Assembly: GCF_006345805.1 (NCBI RefSeq)
Contig: NC_043012.1
Location: 21,824,001 to 21,888,000 of the forward strand
Reading direction: 5' to 3'
DNA length: 64,000 bases
Origin: Octopus sinensis
Lineage: Eukaryota
The notes beneath the pieces are model-generated. The model was not told where the DNA came from and made no database searches. It saw only the letters and a program-made list of their open reading frames with translations. Positions 12,772-28,390 of the stretch are shown here, one piece after another. The translations under genes were made by a program, and so were the position numbers. Every line of letters starts with the position of its first letter. The first letter of the stretch is position 1.

Positions 12772-13414
12772 AGTATCCATAGCATGAGGTAGGTGGAATG
12801 TAATATTTACTACATGGTTAGTTGAAGGTAGAGAAGGAGAGTTAAGAATATAATTTTAGCAGGGGGTGATGTTCTGATAGTGAGGTTAAAGGAAGGCAGT
12901 GAGAGAGGAGAGGAGAGAGAGAGAGAGAGAGAGAGAGATGATGATGGTAGTGGTAATCGTGATTGGATAGTGAAAAGTGTATTTTTTTCAAAAATTGAAC
13001 TAAGTTTTTTTTTATACCACTTATGTAACGTATGTGCATAAGTGCAATTTAACGGGATATTTTCTTTTGTTTATGGGGGAAATGGAAAAATAAGAGTGAA
13101 TATTTATTTTAGGAGTGCTGTGTAATTAAGTCTATAAAATTGTGCATAAAGTGTGTATATAAAGTGCATTAAGTAACCATCGTATTCCAATTTCTTTCTC
13201 TTTTCAATGAATAAGCAGATGAGTGACTCTCTTTCCATACAGACACAACACAGGCTACACTTTCGGGTGTTTTTGGATAAAGTTTTCAGAAACAACCCAA
13301 TAGGTTTACCGTCAATTCCGTGAAATGTTCATGAGTCCCACTAGTTGTTATTATCATTTCATTTCATTTGAGTTTGAGTCCATGCTCAGGCCAAGTTGAA
13401 GACTCCACCCTCAT

Positions 13415-13423
13415 AAAAAAAAA
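13415..13423 (-). terminator. Pol III terminator (T9) of tRNA-Glu
   Basis: Run of 9 A on + strand, 6 nt downstream of the tRNA 3' end on the - strand. Confidence 0.8.
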
Positions 13424-13429
13424 CATGCG

Positions 13430-13501
13430 TTCCCATGCCGGGAATCGAACCCGGGCCGCCTGGGTGAAAGCCAGGAATCCTAACCACTAGACCACATGGG
13501 A
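13430..13501 (-). tRNA. tRNA-Glu, anticodon TTC
   Basis: TCCCATGTGGTCTAGTGGTTAGGATTCCTGGCTTTCACCCAGGCGGCCCGGGTTCGATTCCCGGCATGGGAA (72 nt). Perfect acceptor stem TCCCATG/CATGGGA, anticodon stem CCTGG/CCAGG, T stem CCGGG/CCCGG, intact A and B boxes, downstream T-run. Confidence 0.97.
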
Positions 13502-13726
13502 AAGCCATCATTTCTATCAGGTATCCATTATAAAGTTTTCAGTTTAAAAAAAAAATTCACTAAGATTTCTTTTTTTTTTTTGTGTTATTTTTTATTGTTA
13601 TTGACCACTCTTTATTTAGTTTTCTTCAGTTATTGTTTTTATATTTTAAAAGGAAAAAAATTGAATCAATACAGTTTATTGTTTTAAGCCGAAATTTATT
13701 TTATTTTATTTGTTAATTATTTTTAG

Positions 13727-13773
13727 GAATTCATTAGCAGAAAAACCAACTCCTCCCAACAAACATGATTAAG
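13727..13773 (+). other. Candidate small non-coding exon
   Basis: T-rich acceptor ttattttTAG and donor AAG|GTAAGC; stops in all three frames. Prediction from splice signals only. Confidence 0.35.
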
Positions 13774-14855
13774 GTAAGCAAGTAGATTAAAACTTAACCC
13801 CTACCTTTACGCAAACCTATAGTACTAAGAAGAAGATGCAATTTATAGTTTGAATACAATCTTAAACTATCGTGTATGATGGTATGCAATAAGTTCAGTG
13901 TTAAAATGTTTTGTAATGTCCTGCCACCACGATCTTGGTGTTCTGCCACTGAAGTTGTTCATCCTCATTATACTCTGTGACTAACATAGATCATTTTGTT
14001 ACTCTCTTTCTCTCTCATTAAACCATAGCCAGATTTATAGCCAAAAAAAAAGCCTACACTTTGGACTGGAGAAATTGTGATGACATAAAAGCCTTGCTTT
14101 TCTGAAGTGTCTTATTAATCTAAATGGAATGAAATGTATTTGATATTTTATTAAAATTAGGTTCATGATAAGCTTGATTTTCTAGTGGCTTACCTCTGTA
14201 GAACAGTTGTTGCTAAACTGCTCTTGTTTCCATACAGATCCACTGCTCAGAAATTAGTCATGAAGTGCATGTGAGATGAAGGTGGTTGGACATTAAAGGT
14301 ACAAAGCAATAGTGATGACTGACTGCTCAGGTGTGAACTTATTTTCTATATGGATGACATTTAGTGAAATGTATCAAGTAACAGTGGAAAGCTAAAGAAA
14401 CCTTGGGAAGGAATAGTTAGGTCTGATGTGGATGCTGGAGCTCACAAACAATGCTGCAAATGGCAATGTGATGTACTCAAACTAATTGAACTTGTCTGCT
14501 GCTGCAGCAGCAATTTGAAGTAACTCTACATCATCATTATTTAACATCCTTGTTCCTGTCTGGCATGGGTTGGACAACTTTTGTATTGAATAATTGTGTG
14601 GTGACTTGATTGCAATTGACACTTAAAGCGGGAAAACCTCCACAGGAATGTTTTAATTTGTAAATTGTAAGCATCATCACAGAGAAAGAATTTCATAGCA
14701 TTTAGAATCTGAACTGGTTCAGTTTCAAAATCTTTGCTTTTTTCACTTAAATTCTTAATGAATATACTACTTATTAAATACACTACTTGTGTTTCAATAA
14801 TTTTGAAAATATTTGGAGGGATTTAATAAAATAACATTTTTACATTATTGTGCAG

Positions 14856-14866
14856 GTGGATGGAAC
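14856..14866 (+). other. Candidate 11-nt microexon
   Basis: ttattgtgCAG|GTGGATGGAAC|GTAAGT; consensus donor, plausible acceptor. Confidence 0.25.
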
Positions 14867-14989
14867 GTAAGTTTATTTGTTTTTTAACATAAAGTTTATA
14901 TGCATATTGCAGCTTTTGGTGGTCTTATTTGTACTGTAGATATAAATATCATCAAGCTGATATTTATATCTTGGAGTTGTATTCATAAG

Positions 14990-15440
14990 TGATGGGTAGC
15001 AGGAGGGGAATTGGATGCTAGAGTTGCAGGTGTTGGCTGAGTAATATGCCAGCACCAGCATTTAATCCTCAGAAGAGATGAGGCTGGTCAAAAAGCAAAC
15101 TTGCTATCTTCAGTTTGTCTTTCATAACTGTCCTTACTTAGTGTCATGAGTGTTGGGTAATGACTGAAAGGGTACAATTGCAAATGCAAGTGGTTGTAAA
15201 TGGTTTCCCCCTAAAGGATCTCTGGGGTAACATTACTTGACAGGCTGCTTAGCTTTGAGATATGAGAATATCTGCAAATGAACTGCTACTTCCCTGCATT
15301 GAGCGGTCACAACTTTAGTACTACAAACTTGTGATTAGAATATTGTTGGAAAGAACCATAAGATGGATCCTTCAAGCTTAGTCAACCAATAGGAGAGCTA
15401 GGAATAGACCAAGGATGAGATGACTGGATAATATCCATTG
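14990..15440 (+). mobile_element. Degenerate RTE-clade LINE ORF fragment (Rex3/Expander-like C-terminal region)
   Basis: Translation KLAIFSLSFITVLT*CHECWVMTERV...IERSQL...RPRMR matches RTE motifs (KAKLSIF...LTYGHESWVMTER; IERSQLRW; GRPRTRW). Confidence 0.7.
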
Positions 15441-16324
15441 TTTGTTGGTCATGTTTCGAAATCCATCTGGAAAGTGTAACGATGATTGCTTTTGAGGAGA
15501 TCCTATGGAAGAGGTGCCTGAGGACTCTACTCCCATAACTTTCTCAAGAATAATGGGCAGAGAAAATGGATAGATGGAAGCTGATATAGAATGTTTTAAT
15601 TTAAATATGAATATTTTATAATGTGGATGGAGGTGTATTATGGAACTGAGTGGCCTTGAGCTGGTTGGTATCAACTGGCTTAACATTCATAATATTCCTA
15701 AGAAGAGTAAAAACGAAAAGCAATCTCTTTTCCATTATTCTATAAACCCTAAAGATTATCATCTCTATAAGAAGTCAATCAATAATTTGCATTGTACAAC
15801 ATTTGGCATAAATAGTCAAAATATTTGCATGCTCACTACGAATTATTATCTTGTTATCGTGCATATTTTGATTTTGTTTGTAGTTTATTGTTGCGTTGAT
15901 AAGTAGCTAATGTTCATTATCTTAGCAGTTGGTAATATTGATATAACATCAGGCGCAAGTGTCTGTTTTTTATCAAACCGGACTGATATCTATCCCCTGA
16001 TATAAACACCAACAGGGTAAATTGTCTGTTTTTACTCCTCTGCTTTATACTTATTAAGGCAACTGGCACTGATAAAATAGCAAGCACAGAGAACTGTTTG
16101 TGTTTGTATTAATGCTTTAGGATTACAATAAAGGCAACTGACTTTAATTATATAACAGCAGACAAAAATACTTTATCCTACACCATATTGCTAGCACAAT
16201 AAGAATTGAATGGGTATTGATAAAATATATTTTTTACCGAATAAAGCATATTTATCATACTCTTATGTGACTTATTAATGAACTGTTGTTCTCTAGTTAA
16301 TTTCTTTACTATTTGTGTATAGTA

Positions 16325-16460
16325 GTGATGGTGCAAGGCCTAGTGGTTAAAGCATTACACTCATGATCACAAGATTGTGGTTTCTATCCCTGGACCTGGT
16401 GGTGTGTTGTGTTCTTGAGCAAAACACTTCATTATATGTTGCTCCAGTACCTGCTGAAAT
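16325..16460 (+). mobile_element. SINE family D, 5' fragment
   Basis: tRNA-like head followed by gttgtgttcttgagcaaaacactt, as in the full copy at 35219-35563. Confidence 0.65.
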
Positions 16461-16599
16461 TGTAATTTAGAAGTGCACTAGTTAAGTAGCTAAATTGCTG
16501 AACAGAATAATTACATATGTCTTTGAGAGCTACCAAGCATTCATAAAGTTGATTCTCGGATCCAGTTAAGAGAATTGTGGCTTGTAGAATTAAAACAAC

Positions 16600-18000
16600 C
16601 TGCTCCAAGATAACATAACTAACAATTGTGGTTGATATGTACTCAAAAAATTCATCAGATTGATCCACTTAGCCAAATTACCCTCTGCTTTTAGCATACA
16701 TAGATTTAATTATTGCTGTAAGAACTTCTCTTTATCTTTAAAATGATATCCTAACTCCAGTCTCATTTTACATGGCAGAAAAATAGGTATTCCCTTTTGG
16801 GAGAGAGGAGGTAGGCATTGAGGAAGATGTTGCAAAACATCTGGTTTGTTATACTGGCAATTGTTTGGTGCCACATTGTTCTCTAAGAATGAACTGATAG
16901 TTTTCAACAACACCTTCCACTCTGCTACTTTCCTTGACATCACTTTTCCTATTGATAGCCATTACATCTTTACACTGCTGCTTTGTAAACCAAATAACTC
17001 ACACAACTGTTAACTTTTCAACTTCTCATTTCATTTATCTAAAATTGCCAGTCTCTTCTGACAATAGTTCTGATATCATTGTCTGTTCAGTAAGGATTCA
17101 AAATTCCTTTCCAAATCTAAAAAAAACATGCACCTGTTCTTTTTCTCATGGGGTTACCATCTATCGCCAGTCAACACAGGCTACACATGGAGCCATAGCA
17201 CCCTTGTTTCACCTGCACATACTCCTAAAAAGAGTTTCCTTTTTTTATACTACAATTGCCCCTGTTATCTCTAAAAGTTGTGGATTATTATTGTGCACAA
17301 CTTTTACTTCTCCTCTGATCCTCAAACTACTATCTTTCACTCCTACTCATCTCCTTCGAAGAACAAAAAACTTACTTGCAGATTCTTAATTAGAAGTTAC
17401 CTTCAATCTGGAAACTTGCATACTGACCCCTTCAATTGCTCCCTCTCTATGTGCTATACTAGTCCCTCCATTTTCAGTAGAAGTGTGTTTCATAAATGGT
17501 CACCCAAGCCTAATTCCAAGTTACCTAACCACTCTGATGGTACCTCTACCAACCTTATTTATTACACTGCTTATACATTTGCAAATCTCTACATATGGAT
17601 AAAACAGGCCTTTGTTTAGGTGATCTCTTCTGCAAGCACCCAAGCATCAAGCTTTTCAATTCACCTGGCCACTCCATGGATTACCTATTGGTTTGTGCAG
17701 TCAGCATGTATAACCCTCATTCTCCTAATATTGATTTCCTCTTTAATGCCGTTGCAGTTTGACAAAATGATTGTATATACTTACATGTGTGTATGTACAT
17801 CATCATTTATTTCTGCTTATCTATTCTTATGTTCTTCTGTCATCAACTCCTGCCTGTTTTTTGAAACTCTTTGCACAAGTCTCCTACTTGTCAAGCTACA
17901 AGCATTCATACTAATAATTTTCATTGTTTTCCAAATTTGTCAGCGTTCTCATTGGTTACCTCCCACTGTGCAGCTTTTGTCACCTTATGAAAGAAACCCA
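16600..18000 (-). mobile_element. Highly decayed APE-type (CR1/L2-like) LINE remnant
   Basis: MKIISMNACSL near 17925-17890 resembles an apurinic endonuclease N-terminus; further broken coding-like segments follow. Boundaries are uncertain. Confidence 0.3.
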
Positions 18001-18249
18001 TCCTTTGTTTTTCATTATTTTCTGCCCCTCCTCAATTATTTTTTTTACTATTTTTTCTTTCTCTCACTCTATTCTCTGTCTATTTGGTACCATCAGAAAA
18101 TATTGTTCTCTGAAGAGTCATGCCTGAAATTTTCCTCCTTTCTGCTTCTGATCAGCAAAGTAATTTATATCACTTTTAAATTGTTTATATTCTTTTAATT
18201 GCCAGCGTGGATCATAGCTTGTTTTCTTAAATAACACATTGTTTGATGT

Positions 18250-18632
18250 GTGGAAGCACTCCGTCGGTTACGACGACGAGGGTTCCGGTTGATCCGAATC
18301 AACGGAACAGCCTGCTCGTGAAATTAACGTGTAAGTGGCTGAGCACTCCACAGACACGTGTACCCTTAACGTAGTTCTCGGGGATATTCAGCGTGACACA
18401 GAGAGTGACAAGGCCGGCCCTTTGAAATACAGGTACAACAGAAACAGGAAGTAAGAGTGAGAGAAAGTTATGGTGAAAGAGTACAGCAGGGATCACCACC
18501 ATCCCCTGCCGGACACTTGTGGAGCTTTAGGTGTTTTCGCTCAATAAACACTCACAACGCCCGGTCTGGGAATCGAAACTGCGATCCTATGACCGCGAGT
18601 CCGCTGCCCTAACCACTGGGCCATTGCGCCTC
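18250..18632 (-). mobile_element. Young tRNA-derived SINE family E with 15-bp TSD
   Basis: Perfect direct repeat cacattgtttgatgt at 18235-18249 and 18633-18647; head with A-box tggcccagtgg and B-like gtttcgattccc; CpGs retained. Confidence 0.9.
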
Positions 18633-19189
18633 CACATTGTTTGATGTAGTGTTATCATGAATCTATATACCATGATAAAGGTTACTATCATAACTCTTCT
18701 TTATCTTGTCTCCAATGCAGTGATTCGTTAATTATATAGTTATAAAGTGTTACAGTTAGAAGTTCAGCATTGATATCAAACAAGATAATTTTTGTTGGGG
18801 CAGGGACTCTAATAGACAGTACCTTATCTATTGGAATTAGGATATAAACTAAGTAAAAGTGTTGAATGAACTTGAAAAGAATGACAAAGGGTGATAGTGT
18901 TAAGAAAGACATGTAAGAAATAATGTTATTACTGTGGTTGTATTATGTCAGGTCTGTTTAAATAGATTTATTTAATGAAATGTTAACTAAATTATTTAAA
19001 GGTGACCCAGAAGTTTTTATCCACCTTTCAATTATGTATGGTGATAAATTTGGTCAGGAATTATTATGCATCTGTGAAAGGTTATGAGATATATTACCAC
19101 AATCAGAAACTTGAAACATCACATTTTGTCTCACCTGCTTTGGTATTGCATTTAGTACACCAGAGCTTAAACAAAGAGTGGTGATTACA

Positions 19190-19585
19190 AAAGGCATGGT
19201 TGTGTGGTTAAGAAGCTCACTTTGCAACCATGTGGTTAGATGGTTCAGTCCCACTGTGCAGCACCTTGAACAGGTGTCTTCTATTTTAGCAACAGTCTGA
19301 CCAATGCTTTATGAGTTAATCTGGTATACAGAAGTTGTGGAAGCACATTGTGTGTGTGTGTGCATGCATGCATGCGCATGTACATACATGTTAGTGTTTG
19401 TTCCTCATCATTGCTTTACAACTGGTGTGGGTTTGTTTACATCTCTGCAAGTTAGTGGTTTGGCAAAAGAGAATGATTGAATAAGTACCAGATTTCAAAA
19501 AATAAGTGCAGGGATTTGGTTTATTCAAGGTGGTGCCCCAGCATGGCTGTAGTCCATTGACTGAAACAATTCAAAGATAAAAGAT
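19190..19585 (+). mobile_element. SINE family A, diverged copy
   Basis: Same module order as the young copies, with many substitutions. Confidence 0.75.
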
Positions 19586-20094
19586 TTGAGTTTGTTTTGT
19601 ATAATCAGAAAAAGGCTTTGAACCATAGAAAAAGAGATAATTAGGAAACTTTTCATGTGATTAGAAACATGTCTAATAAAAGTTATGTCCACATTGTCCA
19701 CATAAGAATTGCACTTGAAGTCCAGACTTAGCATCGTGAACATTGAGTAATAAGTAAAAAAAATTGTATATACCTCCTTTCGGTGCTGAGTGTCTTTTGA
19801 GGATTGATGCCTAGCTCTAGTTTTATGATGTCAAAGCAGATTAGAGATAGTGCCAGTCTGTTGCTGGTAACTTTCCAAGCTGAGTTAGTAATCATTCCTG
19901 ACAGCTAAGTGAACTGAGAAACATAGAATTAAGTTTACAACTCAAATACATACCATATCCACTTAACTGTTTCTGCTATGAAATACTCGCCATTTCCTTT
20001 TTACATTCCCCGCTCCCTTTTTTTTCCTTTATTAACTTCATCACACATTTATACACCTTTTGTTTAATGTATCACATTAAAAAAAATTTTTTTT

Positions 20095-20313
20095 TTTTAC
20101 TTTTTTACTTGTTTCAGTCATTTGACTGTGGCCATGCTGGAACAAATCGAGCAAATCGACCCCGGGACTTATTCTTTGTAAGCCCAGTACTTATTCTATC
20201 GGTCTCTTTTGCTGAACCGCTAAGTGACGGGGACGTAAACACACCAGCATCGGTTGTCAAGCAATGCTAGGGGGACAAACACAGACACACAAACATACAC
20301 ACACACACACACA

Positions 20314-20363
<50 letters not shown>

Positions 20364-20528
20364 TACGACAGGCTTCTTTCAGTTACTGTCTACCAAATCC
20401 ACTCACAAGGCATTGGTCGGCCCGAGGCTATAGCAGAAGACACTTGCCCAAGATGCCACGCAGTGGGACTGAACCCGGAACCATGTGGCTGGTTAGCAAG
20501 CTACTTACCACACAGCCACTCCTGCGCC
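20095..20528 (-). mobile_element. SINE family A, young full-length copy
   Basis: Near-identical to 44537-44928 and to the reverse complement of 50676-51097; internal (CA)n(TA)n. Confidence 0.92.
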
Positions 20529-21519
20529 TATCAGATGTATTAAAACTTAATAATGCCACAACCAGGCTAGTTGAATAATCAAATTCATACCCAGTACTTT
20601 GTGGTTTCAAATATAGTGTTGAATTGTATCTTTGCATAAAGAAATTCATCATTTTTCACATGGAAATGGAGTTTTGCTTTAGAATTCTTTTTACTAGAAA
20701 GTAATATAAAGTCTGACTGTGTAAAATTGCAGAACTGTTAGACATATGCACTCAAGTACATGCACATGCACACACACACAACTCCAAGTTTAAAATCTGA
20801 GTAATAAAAATAATCTAAATAAAATTATGTGAATATTTTGCTTGGAGCAGAATTTTTAGCAGTTGAATAGCATTGATTACTTTTCCTTGTTAAGTATGAT
20901 GTTCAGTTATTTGAATAATACGTCTTTGCAAATCTGAGAATTTTGTTGATATTTCAGCTACAATACAAATTCTTCTTGACCTGTCTTCTGCTTTGAGAAT
21001 CTAAGCTGAAATAGGAGCAATAAGTTCAGGAATGATGTACTGAATGACATGTGCTAAAAATTTGCTGTTATTTGAAATTTCCCTTTTGGTTGGAGAAAGA
21101 AATGGCTTGAATTTAGATAAGCTAAGGGTTACATACTGAATGACATAGCAAAAAAACAATTCTCTGTTATTTGAAATTTTTTATAACTCTTTTACTGTAA
21201 AACATTGTCATCTGATGAAAGTAGGTTTGAGTAAACAATTCTGACAAGGTGAAGTGAGACCGAAACACGCCTATATTGTTTCTTGCTGGCAAAGAGAGTT
21301 CAGATTTTTTTCTTTAAGCATGCAAATACATTTTATTAGATTTTTTATTTCTTAAAAGTATCTCGACTTTCTTTTGAGAGGTATTGACAAATTAGTGTTC
21401 TGTTTAGTTTTCTATCTTCAGTTAAACAGTTAATTTCATTTAAAGGAAAACTTCATACTGAAACTTCATATAATTGAGAATAGCATGTAGAATTTAGTAC
21501 ATTATCATGATCATTTAAT

Positions 21520-21730
21520 GCCCATTTTCCATCCTGGTGTGGGTTGAACAGTTTAACAGGATCAGACGAGCTTCAAGGCCTTATGGAGTTCCAGTGCCAG
21601 CGTTGGCATGGTTTCTATGGTTGGGTGCCTTTCCTAATGCCAATCACTTTATGTACGAGGTGCTTTTTTTCATGCCACCAGCATTAGAGAAGTCTCCAGG
21701 TTAACTTGCAAGACGAAAAAGGAAAAAGGC
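21520..21730 (-). mobile_element. RTE 3'-UTR fragment, diverged
   Basis: catcatttaatgcccattttccat...gtgggttg...ttggcatggtttctatggttgggtgcctttcctaatgcc, matching the reverse of the RTE 3' end family. Confidence 0.65.
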
Positions 21731-23739
21731 CCCTCGACTTAGTAGGAGGAGTGAGTACTTGAGAAATGGAGTTGACTGTGATTTTCAGTTTGGTATTGAG
21801 AGGCTATAGTGGTGTCTTGCAGTAGAAGAGATACATGGGTACCTTGCATTGTATAAGGCAGGGTGGGAATTACTGGAAAGATGGTAGAGGTGTTGATGAG
21901 ATGCCAGAGCATCTTAAGAAGCAAGAAGGTCCTAGTCAAAATTCCTACCATTGGCCTTTATTTCATTTTGTCTAATGAACGTAACTTGATGTGTTTTCCT
22001 ATTTCGTTATTTAGTCTTAGATTGTATTTTCTTGAGATATCAGCCACTGTATCTTTTCAGTCTCTAATTTGTCGTTATTCTCATGATACAGTTCTCTTTA
22101 GTGGTAGAGATATACTTGTGTATGTTGCTGATTTATGTAACAGTGTAAAACTTGGCACAGGAGACATGTTTAAGTAAAACCACAATTTTTAAACTTTTTT
22201 TTTATTTAATATAAAAGTGCCACTTTTACTTCCCAACTGATTTGTTGATGAACTGTTTAAGAATTAGTTTACACCTGTTCTATTATATAAATTACCACAC
22301 TTCTTCCCATGATATTTATTGAAATGGTGGTGGTTAAAAATTTCTCTTAATTTATGCAAGCCTTACAACAAACTGTGAAATAAATGAAAAGATCTGATTA
22401 TGATAAATATTTTCATGAATGTTTACATAAAATATGTTTACATAAAAAATGTTGCTTTCTGGTATTGTCAGTATATACTATCTCAATAAATATTGCTGAA
22501 TGAAAATAATTGTAATTTTTCTCATTTTATGGTTGATTTATCTAAGGTCGTGTGTGTGTGTGTGTAAAAAGTTAATGATTCATGCAGCTATTCAATTTTT
22601 ACTATTTTCCAAATCTTATTATAAATAACAATTTAAAAAAAAATTTCATGTTAGAGTGTATTTCTATGAAAATAAATTCAATTGAGAATATTTATAGTAA
22701 TAATGAATACTAGATTATAAAATTGAATACAATCTCAATGGCTATATTGTTCAACTTATACTGAAATATTTTATTGAGTTGAAATAGCCAAGTGGCTAAG
22801 ATAGTCAGTCAACTATTTGCTTATTGAATTCTGCTGAAATCCATTGCCAGAATTTCATTTTCTTTCTAGAATGAATTTGAACATCTTATTCTGCATTATT
22901 TCAGGTCACTTAGTCTTTTATTTTCTTATTTTCTTTTTAATCTTTTCCTCGGGAGTGAAGGCTGTGCCCATTCCTCCTTACAGGGTGTTTGAGACAGAGG
23001 GATGAGAGGGAGGAAAGTCTCCTTAAACTGAAGACCTGACCTAAATGCTGGCAATAAGAGCCAGGTTATTCATATATTGCAAAGTATCTACTCTTATAGT
23101 TCTTACCAATCCACTCCTTGAATTGTCACTCCTGATTTTTTTTTTAATCAAATTTGAAAAACTGAAAGAAAAATCTATCCTGGCAAGATATGAAATTAGA
23201 ACACAGGAATCTGAACAAATACTGTGCATGCCAATGATCCAACCATGAGAAGTTGGTCATTCATTTGTCTACAGGAGACTGATGTCTTATTTGGATGATG
23301 TCTCCTTCACTTAGTTTATGTTTCAAATTAAAGCTAGGTACCTACTTTGAAGGATTCAGTTGACTTTTGTTATTTGCCTTGATTTTGTTTTAGTTAATTG
23401 TTCTTAATTTTAAACATTGTCATCATTTTAAACACAGCTCTCACTACATCTCACCATGTGTCACAGTCCTTCATTGGTTTTCAGGACAACATGCTCCTCA
23501 TATCAGCAGCTTAAACAGTGATAATGAGATGCATTTTATTGTGATATTGACATTATATCTGCCATAGGGTAGTCTCCTCTATACTCTTTATCAGTGCTTT
23601 TATCTAGAATTATTGTTCTGGATGTGTTGTTTGTGTTGGAGTTGTGGACTCAACATCTCTATTTATTAGTTTTTTTCAGTGGTATAGTTTTTATAGCTGA
23701 TTATCATTCCTATAACCAACCTCCTTATAGGATGGACTG

Positions 23740-24700
23740 AGTTTGTATTATCATGCCACCTGTATAAGAGAGATTGTCTTTGATAAGACTAAAGAGCTCT
23801 CTCTTACTTGTGTTCCTTCTTACTTCTTGTTCCTTATTGGTGTGGGTTTTAATTCTGGATGCTCTTATCACCAACCATTCAACTGTATGGATTGGGTGCA
23901 TTTTGGCATACCATCAGCACTTGAAAGGTTGTTTTTGTCAAGGCTAAGGAGTCTCTACTACTTTTTGTCCCCTTCATCCATTCCTTCCTTTTTAGTATGG
24001 CTTTTTCGGCTGGAAGCCCATCCTATTATCAACCAATTTACACATAGTATCAGTTTTAATTCAGTTCCTGGTCTCCTAATAAGGTACTCTCTCTCTCTCT
24101 CCTCCCCTGCACTCCCTCTCTCCACTCTCCTGCACCCTCACTCAACTCCCCACGCACTACCCCTTTTCTCTTTTCTGCAGTTTGCAGCAGATGTCATTGT
24201 GTGATTAGGGCAAACTCCTTTTCATGTACTTTTGGGATTGTTCAGATTGTCCAGCTTTCTAGATAGACTCCCTAGTTTGGATTGGAATTGTTGGTTAACC
24301 TTGCTGGAGGTCTAAGGCAAATGAGAGTAATGTTGTCTCTGTTAAGGGAGACTTAGAGCAATAACTTAGGCTGTCTCCATTGTAGAGGAGACTCATTTAT
24401 CTACCGGGGGGGTATTGTGAATACAATTGGGCTTACATCATCAAGATAGATACTAGGCTGGAGAGGATAATATCACAACAACAACCCACTTGTGCTGTCA
24501 AGATGGGTTGTGGAAGATTAAAGGTTAATGCTAAAAGCAGTTGGGTGGGCATTGTAAATTTGAGCCATCAGGATGGGGAGGCAGACAACAAGCAATCTGT
24601 GCCTCCTTGTTCATGATGTTGTACAAAACAAAACTAAGGGAATGGAATGCTTCTATAATAGCAAAACTGTATATCACTTTGAATGAAACCTGCCTGATAT
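23740..24700 (-). mobile_element. Possible decayed RTE LINE (endonuclease region)
   Basis: Weak translated similarity (VSLNRDNITLICLRPP resembling RLPL....TLISAYAP); many stops. Confidence 0.3.
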
Positions 24701-25321
24701 ATCTCTCTTTCACTCTCTCATAATTCCCCAATGATAAGAAGGTGAGATATATCTGACAGATAAGACCTATTCCATTGTTTCACCTCTCAAAATTGTAACC
24801 CTATGGAATTCCGTCCATGTTCAGCTTACAGAAAAATTAAAACGAGTATCAAAACATTGATCTCCGCACTCTGGGAGACTAGAAGTACATATACTTCTGT
24901 AACTGTTTGATAAAAAACAGAGAAGAAAATCCATGCAACTTCAGAAAAATGAGGGCAAAAACACTTCCAGATGAGTGAGGGAGGAAGCATAAAATTAGAA
25001 AAATGGGACTCAATGAAAATATTTCATATGTTAATTTCAAAGTTTATTATTGAAGATTGTGTGTGATTGATTCTAGAAAAATTGAAAAATATGCTTGTTT
25101 TGTGGAGTGGAAAGAAATTGATATTAGGAATTATCTTTGCACTGGAAAGGAAGTAATTACAGAAGAGTACATTGAGGAGAAATCCAATATCAAACTATTT
25201 TTATATACATAATTCAAATTTAATAGACTAATTGCTTTGTTGGAACTGGGTTTTTTCAGTATTGATGTAGAATTATTGTTATATTATTTTAAGACATTTG
25301 GTAATGTGTTTGTATGCGTAC

Positions 25322-25355
<34 letters not shown>

Positions 25356-25474
25356 ATGCATGAATATGTAATTATATATATATATATATATATATATCAA
25401 TATCGTCATTTTAATAACCACATTTTCTTTGTTGCTTGGGTTAGACAAAATCTATTGAGGTAGATTCTCTATGG

Positions 25475-27677
<2,203 letters not shown>

Positions 27678-27867
27678 AACCACAGTGACGGCTGCTAGCT
27701 TCTAATTCCCTAATCTAACAGTTGGCTTTAAGCTAGGCTAGACTAACTTAATTTGAACACACAAAAAATGGTTAAGAAGAGCTATGTTACTCACAATTAT
27801 ATAATATTCAAATTGATATCAATGTTAATTTCACATTTACTTCATATATTTTCACAGCATGTCTTAA

Positions 27868-28390
27868 CCCACTAACTGCCAAATTATTTTAGTCATATTT
27901 TTCGTCTTTGCCAGGTGTCTTAGGAGTTAAAATAATATATAGTATTTAAATTTTCCTCATATGTGAATTATTTTGGAAATTATGATAAATTTTTTGTGAA
28001 GTCCCAAATGAGGATCACTGAAAAAAGCTTATTTATCCTTTTCTATTCAATTATAATAATAAACATTTTATGTTTTTTTGAAATTATAGTATCAAATGTT
28101 AATGTGTATGAAATATCAATGAATGATATAGATGGAAAATACAACGAAAAAAAAAAAACGTTTTCAGAATAGTCAATATTTTTATAGTTCAAAAATTGAG
28201 ATTTATGACATAAAATGTCCTCTAGAATTAGTCAGAGCTAATAATGACGAACTTTAACGACTAAATATTGTTAAACATACCTCTGCAAATGCAACGATGT
28301 CCATAAACAATTCACTTTAAATACACTGAACAACTGGCAGTGAGACTGTTTTTAGCAGATCCCCAAATGGGACTCGTGGAAGGCAATGGG
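27868..28390. mobile_element. Non-autonomous piggyBac-type element
   Basis: TTAA|CCCACTAACTGCC ... GGAAGGCAATGGG|TTAA; TTAA at 27864-27867 and 28391-28394; imperfect TIRs (9/13). Confidence 0.55.

Noticed and set aside
18550-18632. tRNA-like sequences at SINE heads (also 35480-35563, 50676-50750 and SINE-B heads)
   Set aside because: A/B boxes are present but there is no closed cloverleaf, and each continues into a repeated body with tail or TSD; these are SINEs, not tRNA genes.
21212-21275. CTGATGA...CGAAAC spacing resembling a hammerhead
   Set aside because: Stem II pairing is offset by 5 nt, helix III and stem I do not pair; chance or unrecoverable remnant.
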